A stretch of 64,000 nt of DNA, taken from Cyanophora paradoxa CCMP329. Its lineage: Eukaryota > Plantae > Glaucophyta. Each line of letters starts with the position of its first letter. Position 1 is the stretch's first letter. Shown piece after piece: positions 10,847 to 22,515 of this stretch. The position numbers and the translations under genes were made by a program. The notes under the pieces were generated by a model, which saw only the letters and a list, made by a program, of their open reading frames with translations, had not been told where the DNA came from and made no database searches. The stretch lies in NCBI GenBank assembly GCA_004431415.1, contig QPMI01000100.1:1-64000 (forward strand), read 5' to 3'.

Positions 10847-13800
10847 TTAGAGGCGGTCGGGGGCGTTGAAGCGGCGGGGACCGGGGCCGAGCCCGAAGTC
10901 CCCGCCCCCGCCCTCCCCGGCGCTCCGCGGCCGCCCCGCCCCCGCCTCCGCCGCAATCCCGTCTCCGGTCTCTGGCCCCGCTCCGGCCTCGCTCGGGCGG
11001 GCGATCGCGAGGAGCGCGGCGAAGTGCGCCCAGCGGTGCGCCGCCGCGAACGCAGCCATCTTCTCCGCCAGCTGCGAACGAAGTCACGTGAGGAAATCGA
11101 GGGGGGGGGGGGGGGGGGGGCGGGCCTGGGCGGAGGCGGCAGAGGAGGGCCCGGCGATGCCGGCGAGGGCGCCGGAGGCCTGCAGGGCCCCCGCGACGGC
11201 CCGCCCGCCGCCCGCACCCCTCCTCCACGTCTGCAAGCCACCCCGCCGCCCCGGCCGGCCCGCCGGCCCCGCCACGGGCGGCGCGCCGGCGCCGGCGCCG
11301 GCTCGGGCGCGGCGGCGCGGCAGAAGCCGGCGGCCCAGGCCCGCAGCGCCGCCGGCACTTTCGCGAGCCTGCGGCCGCCTTGAGAAAACTCAGAGCCTGT
11401 TGGGGGGGGGTACACGCACTCGCGTCGGCGAGGGACGCCAGCGCCGCCTCGGCCCGTCGAGCGCCGCGGGGGACCGGGACCCCGGCGGGGGGTACGAGCG
11501 CGCCCGGGTCGGCGAGGCGGCGGAGGAGGGCGGCGGGGTCGGCCTCGACGGCGCCCTGGAAGGCGAGCTCGGAGGGGGGTAGGCCCAGCAGGCCCGCCAC
11601 GGCGGCGTAGACCTGCCGGGGTACCGCCGTCAAGTCCAGGAGCGGGCGGCGGGGGTACCGCACCTGGCTGGAGGGCACGCGGGGCGTGGTGGCGCTCTTC
11701 GCGGCGCGCACGGCCCCCGCCGCCGCGGCGAGCTCGGCCGCCTGGAGCCCCGCCACGGCCTCCCGCGCCGCCCGCAGCCCCTCCACCTCGCCCCGTGCCC
11801 GCCCCGCCTCCTCCTCCTGCTCCTGCTCCGCCCCGGCCCCCTCCTTGGAGGGGGCGGGAGCCTCGGCCTGAGCCTGAGCCGAGGCCTGAGCCTCCGCCTC
11901 CGCCTGGGCTTGGGCCCTGGCCTCGTCGAGGAGGGCCGCCAGCTCGCGCAGGCGGACGAGGCCGCGGCTCGCGCGGCAGACGCTGGCGACCCACTCGTGG
12001 AGCACGCCCGCCAGCCGCGACGTTTGCCGCGCCCTAAGGAAACGCGGGAAAGATAGAGAGCATGAGGCCCGGCGCTCAGGGAAGGCCGGCGCGGGCGGGC
12101 GCACGCGTCGAGGGTCACTTCCGCGAGCGCCGCCTCGGCCTTCGCCACCGCCTTCGCGCTCACCCCCGCCGCGTCTGCGGCGGTCTCAGCGCAGGCCGCC
12201 CCTTAAAGCTTAAAGCTTCCTGCGCGACGGGTGCGCAGAGGCGGACCGAACTGGGCGAGGCGGTCGATGAATCCCGGGTCGCCGGTCGCCTTCTTGGCCT
12301 CGTCCCAGCCGCCCCCGCGCCCGCCCAGCAGCGCCAGCACCGCCGCGAAGGTCTTCTCGACGGCGGGCGGGGGCCGCGCGAAGGCCTTGGCCTCCGCCAC
12401 GTCGGCCTTGTGGAGCTGCTGGAGGGCCTCCAGGGGCCCCCGCAGCGCCGACCCGATATCCTCCTGCAGCCGCCCCATCTCCGCCTCCAACTCACTTGCA
12501 GAGGCGCCGGCGGGTCGGCCGGCGGCCGCCTCGGCGGCCGGAGCGGGAGCAGGGGCAGGGGCCGGGACCTCCGCCGGAGCCTCCGCCTCCGCCTGGGCTT
12601 GGGCCTTGGCCTCGTCGAGGAGGGACGCGAGTTCTCTCAGACGGACGAGGCCGCGGCTCGCGCGGCAGACGCTGGCGACCCACTCGTGGAGCACGCCCGC
12701 CAGCCGCGACGTTTGCCGCGCCCTGCGCTCACGAGAAACGAGAACGGATTGTCTGAGGGCGGAACGTTTAGCAGGGGAAACGGGACCAGGGCGCACGCGT
12801 CGAGGGGTACGTCCGCGAGCGCCGCCTCGGCCTTCTCGATAACTGTCGCGCTTACGCCGGCCGCGTCTGAGGCGGTCTCAGCCAAGAGAGAGCGGCGGGC
12901 CGGTCCGAACAAGACGGCAGACCGAACTGGGCGAGGCGGTCGATGAAGCCCGGGTCGACGGTCGCCTTCTTGATCTCGCCCCAGCCGCCCCCGCGCCCGT
13001 CCAGCAGCGTCAGCGCCGCCGCGAACGTCTTCTGCGAGCGAAGCGGGGCTCGCGGGCGGGCGGGGGGGTACGAGCACGTGTGGAGCCGAGGGCGCACGGC
13101 GAGGACCGGGGGCGGCTGCCGGTAGGCCATGACTTCGGAGACGTCGCGTCTCTGGAGCTGCTGCACCGCCTCCAGCGGCGCCGCGAGCGCCGCGGGGACC
13201 TCCTCCTGCAGCCGCTTCATCTCCGCCTCGAGCTCCTCGAGTCCCGCGGCGCCGGGGGGGGCGCCGGCGGGGGCCGCGGCGGCCGGCGCCGGGGCCGATG
13301 CTTCACGCTTGGCTTCGGCCTCGGCGGCCTCTACGAGGGACGCCAGCTCGCGGAGGCGTGCGAGCCCGCGTCTCGCCCGGCAGACCCCCGCCACCCACTC
13401 GTGGAGCGCGCCAGCAAGCGGCCCCGCCTCCCACGCCCTGCACTCAAGAAGGTTCACTTAAGGTCAAGGCAGGCGTCGGAGGGGCGGGCGGGCGCACGCG
13501 TCGAGGGCCACTTCCGCGAGCGCCGCCTCGGCCTTCGCCACCGCCTCCGCGCTCACCCCCGCCGCGTCTGCGGCGGTTCGGCTCAGAAGAGCTGGAGGCG
13601 AGCCCGCCCTAACAAACGAAAGCGGGGGGCGGACCGAAGTTGGCGAGGCGGTCGATGAAGCCCGGGTCATTTGTCGCCTTCTTGACCTCGCCCCAGCCGC
13701 CCCCGCGCCCGCCCAGCAGCGCCAGCACCGCCGCGAACGTCCTCTGCGAACAAAGCGGCTCTGAGGCGCCCACGATTGGAGGAGGGCGCGGGCGGTGCGG

Positions 13801-16800
13801 CTCGGACCTCGACGGCGGGCGGGGGCCGCGCGAAGGCCTTCACCTCCGCCACGTCGGCCTCGTCGAGCTCCTGGAGCGCGGAAAGCGGCCCCGCGAGCGC
13901 CGCCGAGACCTCCGCCTCCACCGCCGCCATCTCCCGCCGCTGCCCGTCCCGCTCGGATCAGATTTGATCAGATCAGATCTGATCTGGCTCAGGCGCACCA
14001 GGCCGTCCACCGTGCTTTTTGAAGACGAGGCGGCCGGGGCGCCCTCGTCCGCCGTCTCCGCGGCGCCCGAGGCGCCCGACGCGGCGGAGGCGGCGGCGGC
14101 GGGGGCGCGGCGGGCGAGGGCGGCGTGGAGGGCGCAGAGGGCGCGGGCCCACTCGAGGAGGCCCGTCAGCCGCGCCCCGCCCGCCTTCATCAGCCTGCCG
14201 TCGAATTCGATGAGCTCTAGCAGGAAAATGCAAGAAGTTGTGTGCTAGATCGAATCGGAATCCTTAGATTGAGATCTAGCAGCGAGAGCCGGCGACCGCG
14301 CACATGTCGGGGGTGCTGTCGGCGAGGAGCGCCTCTGCCCTCTGCACCGCCGCCGTGGGGATGCTCGCGGCGTCTGCGCGCGCGTTGGGATTCAGCGGGG
14401 CGAGATGAGAGCGAGGCCCGGGGGGCGCACCAAGGGACGGGAGGCGGTCGCTGTAGAAGGCCGGCTGCGCGCAGGCGGCGCGCGCGGCCGCCTGCAGCTC
14501 CTCCTCGGCCGCCTCGGGGGGTACGGCCCCCGCCAGCAGCGCCGCCGCGCCCAGCACGCCCTGCCGCCCCGCCTCAGCCGGCGGAGGGAGGTGTACGTGG
14601 TTCGGGAAGGGAGGGGAGGGGCGCGCGGCGGCGGCGGCGGGGCGGAGGGGCCCTGGTCCCCTGAGGAGCGCGAGGTCGTTCGCCGGGAGCTCCCGAAGCG
14701 CGTCGGCCCTCGCCCGCACGAGCCCGCGGAGCATGTCGACCTCCGCCTCGTCCGGCGGCGCCGGGGCCGCGGCCGGCTCGGCTGCAGCCTGTGCAGCCTG
14801 GGCCGGGGCCGGGGCCGGGGCGGGAGCGGCGGCGTCGATGACGGCGAGGTTGCGGTCGCAGGTGACGACGTGCGGGTGGGCGGGCCCGTACGCCCCCGCG
14901 AAGACGGCGCGCGCCCGCTCCAGGCTCGCCCGCGCCGCCTCGCGCAGGCCGCGCCGCATCTGCAGCGCCCCGACGTACAGGAGCGAGTTGGCGACCTCGG
15001 GGTGCTCCCCGCCAAAGTGCCGCCGCCGGATCGCCAGCGCGCGCTCCAGCAGCGCCTCCGCCCGCTCGAACTCCCCCGCGTCCTGCCCCGCGTCAGGGGC
15101 CGCCCTCGCAGCCGTTCCTTGTCCCAAGAGCTCACCTTGGCGATCCAGCCGAGGTGGTTGCAGGTCTTGGCGATGGAGGGGTGGCCGGGCGGCAGCACCG
15201 CCTCCTTCACCGCCAGCGCCTCCTCGTACATCCGCCGCGACTCGGCGACGCGCCCCGCGAACCAGTGCGCCAGCGCCGCCCCGTCCGTCGCCGCCGCCGC
15301 CTCCGCCGAGGCCGCGCCCTTGGCCGCCCGGATCTCCCCCAGCGCCGCCTCGTAAGCCGAGACCGAGGACTCGTAGTCCCTGCCGCCCCGCCCCTGAGAA
15401 AAAAGAAGAAGAAAAAAGAAGGAACGGCGTACCCCGCGTCGCAGAAGAGGCGGCCGAGGAGGGCGAGGGACTCGCCCAGCAGCGCGCGGGCCGCCGCGTC
15501 GCCGCCGCCGGCCGCCGCGTCGCGGGCGCGGGCGGCGACGAGGGCGCGGAGGGCGGAGGCGGCGGGGCCGAAGCGCGCCGTCTCGACGAGGAAGGCGGCG
15601 AGGGCGGCGAGGCGGCGCGCCCCGGCGGCGTCGAGCGGGCCGGCCGCGAAGGGCGCCACGAGGGCATCCCCGCAGGGCTCCTCCCCGGGACCCGCCCCCA
15701 GCGCCCCGTCCGCCCCCGCCAGGAGGCCCCTGCCAAAGATAAGAATCGAAGGGGTGCGGCAGGCGGATGGGCGCGAGGGGTGCGGACGCGAGGTCGAGGC
15801 GGAGGCGGGGGTCGGCGAGCATGGCCTCGAGGCGGCGGGGGCGGGCGAGGAAGGCGCGGAGGTCGGCCCAGCGCCCCGCCCGCGCGAGCTGGTGCGGCCC
15901 CTCCTCCAGCAGCCGCGAGAGCGGCACCGGCCCTGCCCCCGTCTGAGAAAGACGGCGGGGCGCGGGGGAGAGGAAGAGGAGAGCGGCGGCACCTTCCTCC
16001 TCCTCCTCCTCGCCCTCGCCCTCGCGAGCGGCGGCGGCGAGGAAAGCGTCGGCGAGGGCGGAGTGGGCGGCCCGCTCGTCGGGCTCGCCCCCGGCCAGGT
16101 ACCTGCCCCGCACCGCCTCCTCCACGAACTGCGGCGGGGAAGGGGAGTCAAGGGAGGAGAAGGAGAGGGGAAGGGGCTGGGCGCACGCGGTGGCCGAGGC
16201 GGTAGCGGCCGCTGGCGGGGGCGAGGAGGTCCGAGAGGGCGAGCAGGAGGGGCGAGAGGCCGGCGTGCGGGAGGCGCAGCGCCAGGCACAGCTCCGCCTC
16301 CGCCAGGCCGCCCCGGCTCGCCCACAGGGCCCGCGCCGCCTCGGCGACGGCCTCGGCGCCGTGCGCCGCCTCGGCCCGCGCGAAGACCTCGCCGCAGAGG
16401 GCGGGGACCGTCGGCGCCGCCGCCAGCAGCGCCCCAGCTCCGCGTCCAGCCGCTCGAAGACCCGAACTGGCCCGGGCGTCAGCGGGCGACGGTGCGTTAG
16501 GCTTCTCTGTACCTCGCAGAGGAGGTGGAGGAGGAGGTGGAGGTAGAGGGGCGAGGCGGCGGGGCCCGCCGAGACGAGGCGCGCGAGCTGCGCGGGGGCG
16601 AGCGCCTTGCCGCGCTCCGCGAGGTAGCCCGTCGCCAGCGCCGCGCGCCCCGCCTCGTCGAGCGGGGCGAGGGCGAGGAGGCGGGCGGGCGGGCCCAGTG
16701 GCGGGCGGCCCAGGCGGCCTCGAGGGGCCCGGCAGGCGGAGAGGAGGAGGGCGGCGTTGGCGGGAGGGCGGCGGGGAGCCACGCGAGGGCCTCGGAGGGC

Positions 16801-18813
16801 GGCGCGCGGAGCATGTCGACGGCGTCGACGACGAGCGTCAGGCGGGGCGCGCCCTCCGCCGCCGCCGCCAGCCACGCCGGCATCACCGCCGCCATCTGAG
16901 CGCGCGCGCCTGAGCGGCCAGCCGCCTGAGCCGCCTGAATCGCGCGCACGTACCTCGGCGTGGGAGGCAGGGACCTCCTCGGCGATGCGGCCGGCCGCCG
17001 CCTCCTTCAGCTCGTTCAGGAGCGAGTGGAGCAGGTCCGCCGGGTCCGCCGCCCCCGCCCGCCCCCGTCAGGTGCAGCACCACGGGGCCCGCCTCCGGCG
17101 CCGCCGCCGCCCGCGCCGCCGCCGCCGAGAGCACCGCCGACTTGCTGCGCAGCGGCCGCTCGCCCCTCAGCGGAGGCGGCGGGCCGGCTCAGATCTGATT
17201 CGAAACTCGAACCCGGAGCCGCTCTCGCCGAGGAGGAGGACGGCCTCACAGCGGGCGAGGGCCCCCGCGAGCTCCTCGAGGACGCCGTCCGCCCCGCGAG
17301 GCCGCGAGCGCGGCGGCGCGCGAGGCCCCAGTGCGCCTGCCGCTCCCGCAGGGCCGGCGAGGGCGCGAGGCGGGCGGGAAAGGCGGCGTCGACGGCGGCC
17401 GAGAGGTCCGCCAGGACGAGGGGCGCCAGGTCGGCGGGGCGCCCGTAGGCCCGCGCCCGCGCGCCGCCAGCACCGCCCGCAGCCGCCGCACCGCCGTCGC
17501 CGCCCGCGCGCTCTCGGGCCCGAAGGCCCCCGCCAGCTCCGGCGCCGGCACGTACCCCTCGTCCCGGAGGTAGGGCGGGGCGGCGCGGAGGCGGGCGGCG
17601 GCCCCCGGCAGGAGCGCGCCGTGCAGGATCTCGTGCTCGGTCACGGAGCGGTCGGCGTAGCGGCGCACCCAGGCGTGGCCGGCCGCCGCCGCCCGCCGCA
17701 GGTTCTCTTCGAAGAGCGCGTCGGCGGCGGCCGAGGCGGCGGTTCCGTCGCCGACGGCGTGCCAGCCGTACCGGGCGCCGTACATCGACATGAAGAAGTT
17801 GCTCTTGTCGATCTCGGAGAGGCAGATGGAGAGCACGCGCGCCTCCTGCGCGCTCTCCGCCGTGATCCCCCTGCCCCGGCGCGCGGCGGTGAGGCGGCGG
17901 AGACCGCTGGGGAGAGGCGGCGGGGCACCAGCGGAGGTCGACGGGTACAAAGGCGACGCAGCGCGCGGCGCAGAGGCCCCTCAGCTGCGGGAAGACGAGC
18001 TGCGGGCGCCGGCGTCAGCGAACTCTAATCACCGTTTGAAGCGTCGGGGGGCGGGCGGGCCTTGGTGAGGAGCTCGCGCTCCTCTGCAAAGTCGCGGAAT
18101 GGGCTCGAGACGAAGAGGCGAGCGACGGGCTCGCCGGCGGGGGGCCCCGGGTGCGCCCAGCCGTGCTCCGCCGCCGCCTGCTCCGCCAGCTCTTGCTCTA
18201 CGTACGCAGCGAGCGCCTCCGCGTCCTCCCGCGGGTACTCCGGCGCACGATCCGCCCCCGCCGGCAGCAGCGCCCCGCCGCCGTGCACGTGCCCGACCTG
18301 CAGAGGGGCGCCCCCGCCGTGCCCCGCGACGGGTGCGGCCGCCGCCGGCAGCTCCACGCCCCCGTGGCCGTGCGCTGGCACCGGCGGGGGCTGTCCGTGT
18401 TCTGCCAACGTTGCGCCCGGCGGTGCTTCGGCCTCGGACACTGTTGCAGGCGCCGAAGCTCCCTGGGACGCTTCGGGCCCCTCCACTGCTGCCGCTCCGA
18501 CGGCGGGACTCGGCATCGGTGCGGGCGCTGCAACGGCGGCCTCCTTGTCAAGCTGCTCCGCCTGTCGCACTGGCGCGGCCGCGGGGGGCTCCGGATCTGC
18601 AGCCGGCGGAACAGGCGGAGCGCTCGGAGCTTCAGGCGGCTCGACACGCTGGGCCGTACGCGCTGCATCGGTGCTATCCTTGACGCTGGTACGCTCGTCT
18701 GCAGCGGCCGCTGCCCTTGCCGGCGCGGCAGGGGCAAGACTCGCCGGCACGGCCGGGCGCGGCCCTCGGGATGGCGCTTCCGCCGATGCTGCGGCGGAGG
18801 AGCCGCATCCCAT
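10847..18813 (-). CDS. N-myristoylated DUF4062-NACHT(STAND NTPase)-TPR protein (NPHP3/TEP1-like architecture) with C-terminal tandem dynein MTBD-like repeats
   Basis: Start MGCGSS. DUF4062 motifs RLFVSSPFRDFAEERELL, GITAESAQEARVLSICLSEID and SVTEHEILHGAL. Walker A LLLGESGSG|KS is split by an intron; Walker B is LVVDAVD; SPLYL follows. Kinesin-light-chain-type TPRs (GHPSIAKTCNHLG, GEHPEVANSLL, HPHVVTCDRNLA). The same exon runs into the first MTBD-like repeat. Confidence 0.88.
11320..14740 (-). other. Five dynein-stalk MTBD-like protein repeats (3 well conserved, 2 degenerate)
   Basis: Spliced repeat: GPLEALQQLHKADVAEAKAFARPPPAVEKTFAAVLALLGGRGGGWDEAKKATGDPGFIDRLAQFDAAGVSAKAVAKAEAALAEVTLDAARQTSRLAGVLHEWVASVC. 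It matches the dynein CC1-MTBD(H1-H6)-CC2 pattern. Confidence 0.8.
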
Positions 18814-18900
18814 CGGTCGGAGAAGCGCTTTTCGCGGCTTTCAGGTGCAAGTGCAAGTGCGCTAAGGGGGGTATACGTATCAGTGGTTGGAACTTGCGAG
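18814..18900. promoter_or_regulatory. Very short (87 bp) bidirectional promoter region
   Basis: Divergent ATGs at 18813 (-) and 18901 (+). Confidence 0.6.
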
Positions 18901-21900
18901 ATGGGGAAGAAGGACAGGCACTGGAACCCCGGGCGGCGGCGAACGATGCTGCAGCTCGAACCCGAGGAGCCCGCTCCGATAGACATCTGGGGAGGGGCGC
19001 TCCGCACCGAAGGTCCCGCCTCAGGCCGCTTTCGCGCGCCTTTTCCGTTGACGCACCGCACAGAAGAGCGGCAATCTCGTGACAATGACGACAACCAACA
19101 GCAGCAGCGCGCATCGGCGGCCGGTGCGCTCGGACGCGGCCCGTCGCCGCCGCGATCGCTCACGAGCACGCAGAGAATCCGCTTGCGGGATTGCTCGGCG
19201 GATATGACGACGATGAGGAGGAGGAGGCACCCGCGGAGGCCCCCAAGGAGCCCGCCAGTGCCGCGCCGGAGAAAGGTCAGCAGGCCGCTTGCTTGAAGCG
19301 GACCAGTACAGCATGGCAGCAGTTGAACAGAGAGTCGTGACGCGCCCGCGCCGAGAGCCGTCGGCGACCTCCCGCCGCCCCTCTTCTCGATGCGGGGCCT
19401 GATTGCCGCCGTGCGTGGCGGGTGCTACCAGGTGTGAGCAAAATCGCCGCGGAGGTGGATTCTTTCCTTGCGGAACTCGAGGGCATCGACGCCGGCGACT
19501 CGAGCGCCTGGAACCGTCTCGAGCCGCGCGCCTCGGCCCCTCCCGCATCTGCCCCAGCCCCTTCCTCGGCCCTCGTCCAAGACGCCACCCCCGCATCCTC
19601 TTCCGCCGTTGCGCATGCTCAGCGGGGCTCTCCGGTGCCCCCCGTCGCCCTCGCGTCCTCCTCCGCCTCGCCCGCCGCCCGCCCCGCCGCGCCCGAGCCG
19701 GAGGGCCCGAGCGCCTCGGAGCTGCTCTCGCTGGGGCGGCAGCTCGCGGAGCGAGTGGACGCGTTGCTGCGAACCTACACGGCCGCCGCCGCCCGCGAAG
19801 AGCCTCTCCACGAGGGCGACCCGCCCCTCGCCGCCCTCCGCCACCACATCGACGCCAGGCTCGCCGCGCCGCCTCCCGGGCCCCGTCCTTTCCCCGACCT
19901 GATCCGGCGGCAGGCTCGCGGACCTTCGGGACGGTGGCTTGAGCGCCGCCTTCGCCGCTCGCCGCCTGGAAGAGGCTCGCCGCGCAATCGACCGCGCCGA
20001 GCTCGGTGCGTGCCGGCTGCCCTTCCCTCCTCCCCTCCGCCGCCCTTCCCGCCCCTGATAGATCCGCTTGCAGCGCTCCGCGGTCGCCCCGTGCCCGCCG
20101 CAGCGGCCCCGCAGCCCGCCGCCGAGCCGCCGGCGCGCCGCGGCGCCGTGATCTCGTCCCTCCCCGTCCGCTCCTCCGCCCTGCGCTCCTCGGCCCCCGC
20201 CACCGGCTCCTCCCCGCCGCCCGTCCCAGCCGCCCCGGTCCCCTCCTCCGCCCCCGCCTCTGCTACCGCCGCCCCGGGCGCCCCCGTCACCGCCTCCTCC
20301 ACCACCTCCTCCTCCGCATCCTCCTCGGATCCCGCCGCGTCGAACGCGCAGCCCGCGCCGCACCCCTACGTTCCTGCAGGGCGCGCCCCGCCGCCCGCCG
20401 CCCTGCGCCCGCCCGCCCCGGCGACGAACCCCGAGCGCAGGTGGACGCAGAAGTACGATCGAAGCACGCGGCGCTGGTACTTCGTCCACTCCGTCTCGAA
20501 CGAGGTCTCGTGGGACGTACCCGCCCCGGACCCGCCCCCCGCCCCCGCCCCCGCCGTCCTTCCCGTCGTCGCCCCGCTACCCGTCGTCCTCCCGCCGCCC
20601 CCTCCTCCTCCGCCGCCCCCGCCGCCCCCGCCCCGGCCCTACCCCGGCCCCAGCGGGCGCCGCCGATGCCGGGTCCGCGGCCGCCTCGCCGCCTCCCGGC
20701 GTGACCCTCGAGCCCGAGGCGGCGAGGACGACGTGGACATGGAGATAGACGGGACGAGCCGCCCCGGGCACCCGCCCCGCCCCGTCCTCCGCCCGGCCGC
20801 AACCCCGGCGCCCGCCCCCGCCCCGCCCGGCCCGGCCCCGACGGCCTACGACGCCGCGGCCTACGACGCCGCGGCCTACGCGTACGGCGCGTACGGGGCC
20901 ACCGCGGCGGCGGCGGCGGCGGGGTACGCGATGCCCATGGCGTCGACGGCGGCGGGGTACGCGATGTCCCAGCCGATCCCCGTCGTGACCACGCCGACGG
21001 CGGTCAGCCTCTCCAGCCTATCCAGCGGCGCCCCGGCCATCCGCATCCCCGGCGAGTCCAAGCCGGCCCCGCCCCGCGAGAAGGCCTCCCCGGCGCTCGC
21101 CTCCGCCATCGCCTCCGTCGCGGGGCCCGCCGCCCCGCCCCCGCCCTCGGCCCCGCCCCCGCCTCCTCCTCAAACCCCCTCCGCAAACGCCCCACCCGGC
21201 GGCAAGCCCGTCGCGTTCTCTCTGGCGAAGCCGGCGGCGGCGGGGGGCGGCAAGCCGGCGGCCATCTCGTCCTCCGTGGCGCGCCCCTCGAAGCTGGCGG
21301 GGATGATGGGCGTCTGGCGGCAGCGCTCGGAGGAGGCTGAGAAGGAGGCAGAGCGAGAGGACCGCAAGCGGCGGCGCGAGGGCGCCTCACAAGAGGAGCT
21401 CGACGCCGAGAAGGCCCGCCAGTACGACAAGTGGCGCACCGAGCAGATCCGCCAGTGCGCACGCGCCCGCCCCGCAGGCCCTTTCTAAGGCTCTAAGCGC
21501 CGCCGCGCTTTGCCAGGGGCTTCGTGGACAACTCGAACCTGGTACCCCTGGGGACGAACGCCTGGAACGCCCTCTCCGCGCGCCTCGCCGGCCCCGCCGG
21601 GGGCGCCCCTTCCACCTCCCCGCCCCCCGCCCCCGCCGCCGCCCCCGCCGCCGCCCCAGCCAAGAAGCCGGCGGCGAAGAAAGCGGCGGCGGCGCCGGCG
21701 GCGCCGGCAGCGAAGGCGACGGCGACGCCGCCTTCGCTGCGGGTGGACCAGCGGAAGGAGCTGCCGATGGACGTGCGGCTCGCGGCGGCGCGCAAGGGGC
21801 TCCCCAGCGGCTGGACGGCCGTCGTCGACGAGAAGACCAAGGACATCTACTGGGAGAACCCCGGGACGGGCGAGGTCTCCTGGGACCGGGACTTCTCCTA

Positions 21901-21901
21901 G
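18901..21901 (+). CDS. FNBP4: Formin-binding protein 4-like WW-domain protein
   Basis: N-terminus MGKKDRHWNPGRRRTMLQL and GLLGGYDDDEE. WW domain RRWTQKYDRSTRRWYFVHSVSNEVSWDVP. C-terminal block KLAGMMGVWRQR…RQYDKWRTEQIR|…DNSNLVPLG. A final WW (GLPSGWTAVVDEKTKDIYWENPGTGEVSWD) closes the protein. Confidence 0.82.
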
Positions 21902-22515
21902 CTGTAGGTGGGCCCCTCTTTAAGCTTAGCTTTAGCTATTCCCCCTCCGGTCCTTAGCTAGCCAGCTAGCTAGCGCAGCTTCTGCTTCTTTGAAAGGTTT
22001 CTTTGTAGTACGTATTCTCGACGGATCGATCAGCATCATCAGCAATTCCTACGAGCTATCCCACCCAGAGACGATACTTTACAGCCCGTGGCTACCTTTA
22101 TCTGTCTAAGCCTACGCTAGCGCTAGGATACAGCACTGTGCGGGGGGTCGGCCTCTGAAAACTGCGGGCCTGGTGGCGCGGAGGGAGAGGAAGGAAGGGG
22201 AAAGAGGGGAAAAGTGAGTGAGGAGGGTCTGCGCGGAAGGGGGCGAGGTGGGCGGGCGAGCGAAAGAGGAAGCAGCGAAGAAGCAGGTCGGAGGGCGGCC
22301 GGCGGCCGACGGAAGGGCCGGCGGCGGGTCGGAGGGCGACAGACGACGGGCGAAGGGCGAACTGCGGCGGCGGCGGCGGCGGCGACGGCGGAGCGATGAA
22401 ACATGAAAGGCGACGACTGCGGCGGCGGCGGCGGCGGCGGTGGAAGGGAAGAAAGGTGGCCCGAGACAGGGCCGGCAGGGGCGGACGGGGCGGACGGGGC
22501 TGGCCGGCTCGCCGG

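Noticed and set aside
11320-14740. Dynein heavy chain gene
   Set aside because: Only stalk-tip MTBD repeats are present, with no AAA+ modules, linker or tail.
14800-18130. Prokaryotic STAND/Avs antiviral system
   Set aside because: The gene has spliceosomal introns and a myristoylation signal, and no operon or nuclease effector.
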